A stretch of DNA of 64,000 nt, taken from contig NIVC01002412.1 in the NCBI GenBank assembly GCA_002269645.1, positions 62,001 to 126,000 of the forward strand, in the 5' to 3' direction. How positions within the stretch are numbered: the first letter of the stretch is position 1; each line of letters begins with the position of its first letter. The position numbers and the translations under genes are program-made. This document shows, piece by piece, positions 47,680 to 61,500 of this stretch. The notes below the pieces were generated by a model. The model made no database searches. It had not been told where the DNA came from and saw only the letters and a list, made by a program, of their open reading frames with translations. The DNA is from Macrostomum lignano. Its lineage: Eukaryota.

Positions 47680-48261
47680 AAGGGGCGTCGCACCCGGGGG
47701 AGACAGGGGGGACATGTTTTGTCCCCCACCCAACCTTGTAACCCGCTATGGAAATCAATAAATTTGCTTCAAGGCGACAAAGTATAGCGCCTGCGGCGCT
47801 AAAATGAGTGCCTGCGGCGCTAAAATGAGTGCCTGCGGCGCTAAAATGAGTGCCTGCGGCGCTAAAATGAGTGCCTGCGGCGCTAAAATGAGTGCCTGCG
47901 GCGCAAAAATGAGTGCCTGTGGCGCTAAAATGAGTGCCTGCGGCGCTAAACTGAGTGCCTGCGGCGCTAAAATGAATGCCTGCGGAGCTAACATGAGTGT
48001 CTGCGGAGCTAACATGAGTGTCTGCGGCGCTAAAATGAGTGCCTGCGGCGCCAAAATGAGTGCCTGCGGCGCCAAATTGAGTGTCTGCGGCGCCAAAATG
48101 AGTGCCTGCGGCGCTAAAATGAGTGTCTGCGGCGCCAAAATGAGTGCCCGCGGCGCTAAAGTTAGTGAAAAATGAGCGCTGGTAACACCAATTCTGAAAA
48201 TAATGTACATGTAGAATTTTTGGCTTCCCCCCTCACCATAAAATCCATGGCGCCCCCCCTG
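47680..48261 (+). mobile_element. MITE with internal 21-bp array, copy 2
   Basis: AGGGGCGTCGC...GGCGCCCCCCCTG termini. Internal (GCCTGCGGCGCTAAAATGAGT)n. 5' region homologous to 38130-38280. Confidence 0.8.
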
Positions 48262-48754
48262 CTACTATGCTTGTTGTGCCAAACAATCAGAGTTCAAAGC
48301 AGATTTGCAGTTCCAAATGTGTTCCTTTTTTCTAGACTTCCTGAACAGTAAAACTGTCTGAAAGGTGAGATCCTTTAGAAAAACTGGCCATTTTAAAGAC
48401 ATTTTTTAACGGAGCCACTGCGACGTTTCTAAACTTTTCTCAAAAGCAATTTTTGAGACATTTGAAAGACAGACAGACAGCCAGCAGTTCTGCTTGTGCG
48501 GCTTCCAATTGGAAAAGAAAACTTCAATGCAGCAATAAAACCAATTGATTAGCGGCTTGGATCAATATTAAAAAGGTCGCCATGAACTTCTGCGCAGATT
48601 AGCCCGCTTTTCCACTTCCCCACTTTCTGCGAAAGCGCGACATGCGCCAAAGCTCGTAAAAAACTCAAACCGGCAAAACTGCGTGCCAGCGGAAGCAAAT
48701 AATTGGTGCTGCGCGAGACAGGACGCGTAGAAGGTTAAAATACTGCGCTTCGTG

Positions 48755-49068
<314 letters not shown>

Positions 49069-49509
49069 GCAGCGCTAACGAGAGGCGAGTGAGATTTCTG
49101 TGAACAATAATAAGCAGACGCAGCGGCAGCTCTGTAGCCTTGAATGACGTCGGCAGGCGGTCGCCAGAAAGAAACTGACCCTGTTCTTATCCGGTTGTCT
49201 TGCGACTTTTCCAGTCTCTCGCCATCATCCCCCTCTCGTCAGCAACGAGTCAGCCGGCCGGACACTTCTGCAACAACACACCAGTTGAGGTGGCTGCGGG
49301 TGGGGCAAGAAATGTTTGTCGCTCTGCTATTTTTTCAGCGTTAGTTTCGAATTTTGCCCAGTTAAAATTCCGCTAAAGGTGAAAACTCTTGGTTGGAATG
49401 GAATGGCCGATATGGTCACGAAGAGGGACACACTGATGGGAGAGTGGCACCAATGTAGCTGTTTTGTGGAGTTGGAAAGGCGAGGGAGATACGCGTAATA
49501 AAAACAGGG

Positions 49510-50330
49510 AATGAGAGGGTGGGAAAGAGAGGGTGGGAAAGAGAGGGTGGGACAGAGAGAGTGGCACAGAGAGGGTAGAGTTGGTGGGAAAGAGAGGATG
49601 GGAAAGAGAGGGTGGGAAAGTGAGGGTGGGAAAGAGAGGGTGGGAAAGAGAGGGTGAGAAATAGAGGGTGGGAAAGAGAGGGTGGGAAAGAGAGGGTGGG
49701 AAAGAGAGGGTGGGAAAGAGAGGGTGGGAAAGAGAGGGTGGGAAAGAGAGGGTGGGAAAGAGAGGGTGGGAAAGAGAGGGTGGGAAAGAGAGGGTGGGAA
49801 AGAGAGGGTGGGAAAGAGAGGGTGGGAAAGAGAGGGTGGGAAAGAGAGGGTGGGAAAGAGAGGGTGGGAAAGAGAGGGTGGGAAAGAGAGGGTGGGACAG
49901 AGAGAGTGGCACAGAGAGGGTAGAGTTGGTGGGAAAGAGAGGATGGGAAAGAGAGGGTGGGAAAGAGAGGGTGGGAAAGAGAGGGTGGGAAAGAGAGGGT
50001 GGGAAAGAGAGGGTGGGAAAGAGAGGGTGGGAAAGAGAGGGTGGGAAAGAGAGGGTGGCACAGAGAGGGTAGAGTGGGTGGGAAAGAGAGGGTGGGAAAG
50101 TGAGGGTGGGAAATAGAGGGTGGGCAGAATAGAGGGTGGGAAAGAGAGGGTGGGAAGAATAGAGGGTGGGAAAGAGAGGGTGGCACAGAGAGGGTAGAGT
50201 GGGTGGGAAAGAGAGGGTGGCACAGAGAGGGTAGAGTGGGTGGGAAAGAGAGGGTGGCACAGAGAGGGTAGAGTGGGTGGGAAAGAGAGGCTGGCACAGA
50301 GAGGGTAGAGTGGGTGGGAAAGAGAGGGTC
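49510..50330. repeat. 14-bp purine repeat (GGGTGGGAAAGAGA)n
   Basis: Direct reading. Confidence 0.95.
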
Positions 50331-50943
50331 GGTCAAGATCAGAGGGGCTGAAATTCAAAGAAAGAGATGCAGAGAAGGAGACGGAGAGAAGCAGATGCAG
50401 AGGTGGTGAGAAAGCCAACAGGCGTGAACCGGCAGCATGTAAGACAGCAAGAATAGTTCGTGCACTGGTCAAGAAAGCGGGTGCCCAAGTAGACGAATCG
50501 GTCTGGATAGGCGGGGTCGGTGGGAGGCGTAAGAGAATCCGAGGCCTGCCGTGTCGCTGGCGCAAACTTAGAATAACAGTTAGTTTATCCTCGCCCCCAA
50601 TACCAATCCTTAACCCCCGTGTTTCCTTTCTTCCCCGGGCATTATATCGTTTCTAATTTCTAGCCGTGTCTGTCTGATCCTCTGCCACCAAGCACTGTGT
50701 CCGGCTGGCACGGAGGCAGTTGTTAAGCCTGCTTCATCTTCTCTTCATCATCGCCTTATTCAGGTTGGACCAGATTCTCCCTCTCTCTAGCCTACTTTCC
50801 TGGTCAGTTTTTCTTCTTGTGGAAGATAGCCCTAGCAACGTAAAGAATATTCGAATGCTTTTGTGCATCCTGCAACAAATACTGCTAGTATACTATTGCT
50901 AATCATGATAGTACACAGCCTCCTGTGCAACTGCGGGTTCCTT

Positions 50944-52090
<1,147 letters not shown>

Positions 52091-52847
52091 ATAGTCAGTC
52101 ACATCAGATGTGCGCATGAGGGCCGTCATGTCAGCGGCAAATAAAAGAATAAGATCGGCCGGCTGCTTGCCTTTCTAGGCGGATCTTATCGTGGCGCTCA
52201 CAGAAACAACTGAGTGACTCCCCTTAGCCTAGTTGATGAAGAGGGGGGCGGCTGCCGCTCCGCAGGTGGTCGCGCAGCCTCCTTTTCTTTAGCAGCACCC
52301 ATCCCATTTCTGTCTGCACCCCGCACTCTGCCGACCCCCCCCCCTCCCGTCTACTTTCCTAATCTGTCGATCGGATCTCTCCGCCCCTCTGCAGCAATGC
52401 TGTTCCTCATTCTTCTAGTAGCAGTCTTCCAGCAGCAACAATTCCAAGCTCCAACGCAATAGACTGAGCCCATTGCTGCTGCAAAAAGTTTTCATAACTT
52501 TTTGCCTTGCCATAACTCTAAAGAATGTGAACCCTCCGTGTTTTTTCCATTTTTGCGTCGAAGAAGCGACAGTCTGTGTCACTTTTTCGTCGTTTGGTTT
52601 GAATTCGATGTTCTTAGTATATTTTTTACTACTCTACTTGTAGTAGAAAAATTGGGACATCTGTGACTAAATTCGTGTAATAAAAGTTGATTCTGATTAA
52701 TTCTGATTTTGCAAAAAATCTAAAGAGGAGAAATTTCCAAGTTAGCTTTAAATGCACTTTTCTGTGAGTACGACTTAACTTTGTGCCCAGAAGTGAACTG
52801 GAAAAGACTAGTTTGCCTTAGCGAACAACAAAAGACGTTTTCATGCC

Positions 52848-55800
52848 CCCCCTCTAGGCATCCCTGAGATTTGACCCCCCCCTATAAGCATCCCTGAGAT
52901 TTGACCCCCCTCTAAGCATCCCTGAGATTTGACCCCCCTCTAAGCATCCCTTAGATTTGACCCCCCTGGCATCCCTGAGATTTGACCCCCCCTCTAAGCA
53001 TCGCTGAGATTTGACCCCCCAAATAGGCATCGCTGAGATTTGACTCCCCTCTAAGCATCCCTGAGATTTGACCCCCCTCTAAGCATCCCTGAGATTTGAC
53101 CTCCCCTCTAAGCATCCCTGAGATTTGACTCCCCTCTAAGCATCCCTGAGATTTGACCTCCCCTCTAAGCATCCCTGAGATTTGACTCCCCTCTAAGCAT
53201 CCCTGAGATTTGACTCCCCTCTAAGCATCCCTGAGATTTGATCCCCTCTAAGCATCCCTGAGATTTGACTCCCCTCTAAGCATCCCTGAGATTTGACCCC
53301 TTCTAAGCATCCCTGAGATTTGACCCCTTCTAAGCATCCCTGAGATTTGACCTCCCCTCTAAGCATCCCTGAGATTTGACTCCCCTCTAAGCATCCCTGA
53401 GATTTGACCTCCCCTCTAAGCATCCCTGAGATTTGACTCCCCTCTAAGCATCCCTGAGATTTGACTCCCCTCTAAGCATCCCTGAGATTTGATCCCCTCT
53501 AAGCATCCCTGAGATTTGACTCCCCTCTAAGCATCCCTGAGATTTGACCCCTTCTAAGCATCCCTGAGATTTGACCCCTTCTAAGCATCCCTGAGATTTG
53601 ACCACCCCTCTAAGCATCGCTCAGATTTGACCCCACCTCTAGGCATTCCTGAGATTTGACCCCCCCTCTAAGCATCGCTGAGATTTGACCCCCCCTCTAA
53701 GCATCCCTGAGATTTGACCCCTTCTAAGCATCCCTGAGATTTGACTCCCCTCTAAGCATCCCTGAGATTTGACCTCCCCTCTAAGCATCCCTGAGATTTG
53801 ACTCCTCTCTAAGCATCCCTGAGATTTGACTCCCCTCTAAGCATCCCTGAGATTTGACCCCTTCTAAGCATCCCTGAGATTTGACCCCTTCTAAGCATCC
53901 CTGAGATTTGACCACCCCTCTAAGCATCGCTCAGATTTGACCCCACCTCTAGGCATTCCTGAGATTTGACCCCCCCTCTAAGCATCGCTGAAATTTGACC
54001 CCCCCTCTAGGCATCCCTGAGATTTGACCCCCCCTATAAGCATCCCTGAGATTTGACCCCCCTCTAAGCATCCCTGAGATTTGACCCCCCTCTAAGCATC
54101 CCTTAGATTTGACCCCCCTGGCATCCCTGAGATTTGACCCCCCCTCTAAGCATCGCTGAGATTTGACCCCCCAATAGGCATCGCTGAGATTTGACCCCCC
54201 TCTAGGCATCCCTGAGATTTGACCTCCCCTCTAAGCATCCCTGAGATTTGACCCCCCCCTCTAAGCATCCCTGAGATTTGACCCCCCTCTAAGCATCCCT
54301 GAGATTTGACCCCCTCTAAGCATCCCTGAGATTTGACCCCCCTCTAAGCATCCCTGAGATTTGACCCCCCTCTAAGCATCCCTGAGATTTGACCACCCCT
54401 CTAAGCATCCCTGAGATTTGACCCCCCTCTAAGCATCCCTGAGATTTGACCCCCTCTGGTATCCCTGAGATTTGACTCCCCTCTAAGCATCCCTGAGATT
54501 TGACTCCCCTCTAAGCATCCCTGAGATTTGAACTCCCCTCTAAGCATCCCTGAGATTTGACTCCCCTCTAAGCATCCCTGAGATTTGACTCCCCTCTAAG
54601 CATCGCTGAGATTTGACCCCCCCAATAGGCATCGCTGAGATTTGACCCCCCCCCTCTAGGCATCCCTGAGATTTGACCTCCCCTCTAAGCATCCCTGAGA
54701 TTTGACCCCCCCTCTAAGCATCGCTGAGATTTGACCCCCCTCTAAGCATCCCTGAGATTTGACCCCCTCTAAGCATCCCTGAGATTTGACCCCCCTCTAA
54801 GCATCCCTGAGATTTGACCCCCCTCTAAGCATTCCTGAGATTTGACCCCCCTATAGGCATCCCTGAGATTTGACCCCCCCCTATAAGCATCCCTGAGATT
54901 TGACTCCCCTCTAAGCATCCCTGAGATTTGACCCCCCTCTAAGCATCCCTGAGATTTGACCCCCTCTGGTATCCCTGAGATTTGACTCCCCTCTAAGCAT
55001 CCCTGAGATTTGACTCCCCTCTAAGCATCCCTGAGATTTGACCTCCCCTCTAAGCATCCCTGAGATTTGACTCCCCTCTAAGCATCCCTGAGATTTGACT
55101 CCCCTCTAAGCATCCCTGAGATTTGATCCCCTCTAAGCATCCCTGAGATTTGACCCCTTCTAAGCATCCCTGAGATTTGACCCCTTCTAAGCATCCCTGA
55201 GATTTGACCACCCCTCTAAGCATCCCTGAGATTTGACCCCCTCTAAGCATCCCTTAGATTTGACCCCCCCCCTCTAAGCATCCCTGAGATTTGACCCCTT
55301 CTAAGCATCCCTGAGATTTGACCCCCCTCTAAGCATCCCTGAGATTTGACCCCCTCTAAGCATCCCTGAGATTTGACCCCCCTCTAAGCATCCCTGAGAT
55401 TTGACCCCCCTCTAAGCATCCCTGAGATTTGACCACCCCTCTAAGCATCCCTGAGATTTGACCCCCTTCTAAGCATCCCTGAGATTTGACCCCCTCTGGT
55501 ATCCCTGAGATTTGACTCCCCTCTAAGCATCCCTGAGATTTGACTCCCCTCTAAGCATCCCTGAGATTTGAACTCCCCTCTAAGCATCCCTGAGATTTGA
55601 CTCCCCTCTAAGCATCCCTGAGATTTGACTCCCCTCTAAGCATCGCTGAGATTTGACCCCCCCAATAGGCATCGCTGAGATTTGACCCCCCCTCTAGGCA
55701 TCCCTGAGATTTGACCTCCCCTCTAAGCATCCCTGAGATTTGACCCCCCCTCTAAGCATCGCTGAGATTTGACCCCCCCTCTAAGCATCCCTGAGATTTG

Positions 55801-58240
55801 ACCCCCTCTAAGCATCCCTGAGATTTGACCCCCCTCTAAGCATCCCTGAGATTTGACCCCCCTCTAAGCATTCCTGAGATTTGACCCCCCCTATAGGCAT
55901 CCCTGAGATTTGACCCCCCCCTATAAGCATCCCTGAGATTTGACTCCCCTCTAAGCATCCCTGAGATTTGACCCCCCTCTAAGCATCCCTGAGATTTGAC
56001 CCCCTCTGGTATCCCTGAGATTTGACTCCCCTCTAAGCATCCCTGAGATTTGACTCCCCTCTAAGCATCCCTGAGATTTGACCTCCCCTCTAAGCATCCC
56101 TGAGATTTGAACTCCCCTCTAAGCATCCCTGAGATTTGACTCCCCTCTAAGCATCCCTGAGATTTGACTCCCCTCTAAGCATCGCTGAGATTTGACCCCC
56201 CAATAGGCATCGCTGAGATTTGACCCCCCCCTCTAGGCATCCCTGAGATTTGACCTCCCCTCTAAGGATGCCTGAGATTTGACCCCCCCTCTAAGCATCG
56301 CTGAGATTTGACCCCCCCTCTAAGCATCCCTGAGATTTGACCCCCTCTAAGCATCCCTGAGATTTGACCCCCTCTAAGCATCCCTGAGATTTGACCCCCC
56401 TCTAAGCATTCCTGAGATTTGACCCCCCTATAGGCATCCCTGAGATTTGACCCCCCCTATAAGCATCCCTGAGATTTGACTCCCCTCTAAGCATCCCTGA
56501 GATTTGACCCCCTCTAAGCATCCCTGAGATTTGACCCCCTCTGGTATCCCTGAGATTTGACTCCCCTCTAAGCATCCCTGAGATTTGACTCCCCTCTAAG
56601 CATCCCTGAGATTTGACCTCCCCTCTAAGCATCCCTGAGATTTGACTCCCCTCTAAGCATCCCTGAGATTTGACTCCCCTCTAAGCATCCCTGAGATTTG
56701 ATCCCCTCTAAGCATCCCTGAGATTTGACCCCCTCTAAGCATCCCTGAGATTTGACCCCTTCTAAGCATCCCTGAGATTTGACCCCTTCTAAGCATCCCT
56801 GAGATTTGACCCCCTCTAAGCATCCCTTAGATTTGACCCCCCCCTCTAAGCATCCCTGAGATTTGACCCCTTCTAAGCATCCCTGAGATTTGACCCCCTC
56901 TAAGCATCCCTGAGATTTGACCCCTCTAAGCATCCCTGAGATTTGACCCCCCTCTAAGCATCCCTGAGATTTGACCCCCCTCTAAGCATCCCTGAGATTT
57001 GACCACCCCTCTAAGCATCCCTGAGATTTGACCCCCTCTAAGCATCCCTGAGATTTGACCCCCTCTGGTATCCCTGAGATTTGACTCCCCTCTAAGCATC
57101 CCTGAGATTTGACTCCCCTCTAAGCATCCCTGAGATTTGAACTCCCCTCTAAGCATCCCTGAGATTTGACTCCCCTCTAAGCATCCCTGAGATTTGACTC
57201 CCCTCTAAGCATCGCTGAGATTTGACTCCCCTCTAAGCATCGCTGAGATTTGACCCCCCCCCTCTAGGCATCCCTGAGATTTGACCTCCCCTCTAAGCAT
57301 CCCTGAGATTTGACCCCCCCTCTAAGCATCGCTGAGATTTGACCCCCCTCTAAGCATCCCTGAGATTTGACCCCCTCTAAGCATCCCTGAGATTTGACCC
57401 CCCTCTAAGCATCCCTGAGATTTGACCCCCCTCTAAGCATTCCTGAGATTTGACCCCCTATAGGCATCCCTGAGATTTGACCCCCCCCCTATAAGCATCC
57501 CTGAGATTTGACTCCCCTCTAAGCATCCCTGAGATTTGACCCCCTCTAAGCATCCCTGAGATTTGACCCCCTCTGGTATCCCTGAGATTTGACTCCCCTC
57601 TAAGCATCCCTGAGATTTGACTCCCCTCTAAGCATCCCTGAGATTTGACCTCCCCTCTAAGCATCCCTGAGATTTGACTCCCCTCTAAGCATCCCTGAGA
57701 TTTGACTCCCCTCTAAGCATCCCTGAGATTTGATCCCCTCTAAGCATCCCTGAGATTTGACCCCTTCTAAGCATCCCTGAGATTTGACCACCCCTCTAAG
57801 CATCCCTGAGATTTGACCCCCTCTAAGCATCCCTTAGATTTGACCCCCCCCTCTAAGCATCCCTGAGATTTGACCCCTTCTAAGCATCCCTGAGATTTGA
57901 CCACCCCTCTAAGCATCCCTGAGATTTGACCCCCTCTAAGCATCCCTTAGATTTGACCCCCCCCTCTAAGCATCCCTGAGATTTGACCCCTTCTAAGCAT
58001 CCCTGAGATTTGACCCCCCTCTAAGCATCCCTGAGATTTGACCCCCTCTAAGCATCCCTGAGATTTGACCCCTTCTAAGCATCCCTGAGATTTGACCCCC
58101 CTCTAAGCATCCCTGAGATTTGACCCCCCCCTCTAAGCATCCCTGAGATTTGACCCCTTCTAAGCATCCCTGAGATTTGACCCCTTCTAAGCATCCCTGA
58201 GATTTGACCCCTTCTAAGCATCCCTGAGATTTGACCCCAT
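52848..58240. repeat. 28-bp satellite (TAAGCATCCCTGAGATTTGACCCCCCTC)n, about 5.4 kb, about 190 monomers
   Basis: Period of 28 measured at 53052 and 53080. Ends about 320 bp upstream of the UNC5 ATG. Confidence 0.98.
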
Positions 58241-58560
58241 CGAGGACCGAGGTTAGCATCTGCCCAACAATTTGAATGTATCCAGCACAGTAAAGCTACA
58301 ACACCGGACAGACATCAGTCTAAGTAAATCCCTTTATATAAAAAGCTTATGATATTGAATTCATTCTCCAAAGCTTCCTCATTGGCTCGCTGCTCACGGC
58401 ACTGCACTCTCACCTCCATCATTCAGTGAAGCTGGTTGGCTGTGGGGAGTAGGAGGCAGTGTGGGAGGGACACACACACAAGCTTATAAACTCTCAGCTG
58501 TAAATTTATCTTATCTTTTCAGTTGCAAATCTCTAACAGAAGGCGGTGTAGAACTCAGTC

Positions 58561-61500
58561 ATGTGGCTTGACAATTGTCTATTGATATCATCATTATTAA
58601 TCATATCTGTACTGCCGGCATCAGCTCTCAGTCTGGCTGTTACTAAACTCACAGGCAACCAGGTGCCCGAGCTCAGCGACAGCGAGAAGCACCTGCCGTT
58701 GGCGCCACGGCTGATTCAACAGCCGAAGTCCGCCTACTACGTCAGCCCGAAGTCGCCAGCGGTCATCGAGTGCGTGGCCGATCATTCATCCTATGTGACC
58801 ATCCACTGCAACGGTCAGGCATTGAATCGTCGTGTGGACGTCGTGACAGATCACGAGAGAGCGGAGAGGCAGAGATTCTCCGTCCCCATCGACTTTGAGG
58901 ATGCCCAACGCTGGCTGGGAGCTGACAGGCGGCTGTTCTGCAACTGCGAGGCTTGGAACAGCGTGCCTGAGTTGAACAACACCCACAGGAAAGTCGTCAG
59001 CAGCCCGGGATACGTGCGACTCGCTTGTGAGTGCCCTAGACTGCCAGTGCTGTGGATTTAGAGTGCCCTGGACTGCGAGTACTGTAGATTTGGAGTGCCC
59101 TAGACTGCGAGTACTGTAGATTTGGAGTGCCCTAGACTGCGAGTACTGTAGATTTGGAGTGCCCTAGACTGCGAGTACTGTAGATTTGGAGTGCCCTAGA
59201 CTGCGAGTACTGTAGATTTGGAGTGCCCTAGACTGCGAGTACTGTAGATTTGGAGTGCCCTAGACTGCGAGTACAATAGATTTGGAGTGCCCTAGACTGC
59301 GAGTACTGTAGATTTGGAGTGCCCTAGACTGCGAGTGCTGTAGATTTGGAGTGTCCTATACTTCCGGTGCTGTAGATTTGGAGTGCCCTAGACTGCCGGT
59401 GCTGTGGATTTGGAGTGCCCTAGACTGCGAGTACTGTAGATTTGGAGTGTCCTAGACTGCCGGTGCTGTGGATTTAGAGTGCCCTAGACTGCGAGTACTG
59501 TAGATTTGGAGTGCCATAGACTGCCAGTGATGAAGATTTGGAGTGCCCTAGACTGCCAGTGCTGTAGATATGGAGTGCCCTAGACTGCCGGTGCTGTAGC
59601 TTTGGAGTGCCCTAGACTGCCAGTGCTGTAGATATGGAGTGCCCTAGACTGCCGGTGCTGTGGATTTGGAGTACCCTAGACCGCATGTTCTGTAGATTTG
59701 GAGTGCCCTAGACTGCCGGTGAAGAAGATTTTGAGTGTCCTATAGTGCCGGTGCTGTAGTATTGAAGTGCCCTATACTTCCAGTGCTGTAGTTTTGGAGT
59801 GCCCTATACTTCCGGTGCTGTAGTTTTGGAGTGCCCTATACTTCCGGTGCTGTAGATTTGAAGTGGCCTAGACTGCCGGTGCAGTGGATTTGGAGTGCCC
59901 TATACTTCCGGTGCTGTAGTTTTGAGTGTCCTATACTTCCGGTGCTGTAGATTTGGAGTGCCCTAAACTGCGGGCTATCTGTAGGTAGTGTCATATACTG
60001 CGAGTGATTCATGTGGAGTACTCTAGACTTAAAAAAGAAAATTATTTCTTTGCTCAAACGTAGCCAGACCAAATCATAAATCGAAGTGCTACAGTTCGTG
60101 CGAGCTACTAAGAAATTTCTAAAGCAGGCCGAAGAGAGAGACTCGAATATCCACCAGCTGTCGCTCAAATCTTTATAGCCCTCAACACTTGCTCCCCGAG
60201 CCAACTAGTCAAAGAATTGACTCGCGGCCCATATGGTGTGTACACAGTGCACTGAATTCAGAAAAAGCAACAAGCCGCCATCCTGTATGAGTCAGGGCAA
60301 CTTGATCCAGAAACCAGATTATTAGGCAACTCTAATCTAAGCTTCTTCATTTTCACATTTTGAGACGCCATAAGGCAGATCGCTAATCTATGTGACTTAC
60401 TACTAAAGTAAATGCAACCAATAATTTCTGTTCCTTGGTTAAACCAAGTTTTAAAAAAATAGTTATTTGTACCACGAATAATATACGTATTACAGTCGTA
60501 TTACAGTCTCTCAGCAGCTATGGATTCTCTTAACATTTGTCAACTAGCTGTCCATCAGAACAGTGAAAATCATGGCCAGGTGTTTGAGAGCTCTTTCTCA
60601 CAGCGAGCTGAGACCCCCCCCATCGTATCAATTTAAAGCCATAGTGTTAATTTTAGCAGCCATTTTCTTTGACTTGAATTGAAATCTGATTCTTGACCTA
60701 ACTCTCTGCATGTGAGCGCCCATTTTTTTCTTGCTTTGAGCGATTGCTCTGGCCCGACTTCATGACTTCATTTCCTCTGTGGGTAGATCGGTCCCCACCG
60801 CTCCCACGCGCACACAACTGATGCCTTCATTATTCAAGGCTCTCTATTATTTGCGGCTGCTTGTGGGGAGGGGAGTGGAGCTGGGATTTGGCAAAAGGTA
60901 CTGAAAAGCTTCACCTTTGGCTGTCAACCCAGGCGAGGTGGGAGGGGGGCTCTCACGTGCTTGCTTATACGAGCGGCTGTATGCTGCATGACTCAATGCC
61001 ATGGCTGCGGCGATCAAGGCTGCAGTTCCTCTGCATTTCCTGGGAAATGCTTGGAAATACAATAATAAGAGAGCTAACTGGCAGTCTGTACCTGTCTCTC
61101 CTCTCCTTTATCCCCTCTTCTCTCTTCTCTCCTCTCTCCTCTCGCCCCTCTTCTTTCCTCTTTCCTCGCTTCTCTCTCATCTCTCCGATCTCTCAAATCT
61201 CCTATCTCCTCTCTCCTCTTTGCTCTCTCCTCTCTCATCTCTCCTCTCTCCTCTCTCCTCTCTTAACTCTCCTCTCTCAACTCTCCTCTCTCCCCTATCC
61301 TTTCTAATCTCTACTCTCTCCTTTCTCTCTCTCCTTTCTCCTCTCTCATCTCTAAACTCTTCTCTCTACTCTCCCTCTGCTTTGCACTCTAAGCTCTCCT
61401 TACTTCTCTCATCTCTCATCTCTCATCTCTTCTCCCTCCTCTCTTCTCTTCTCCCCTCTCCTCTTTCTTTCCTCTCCTTTCTCCTTTCGCATCTCTCTTC

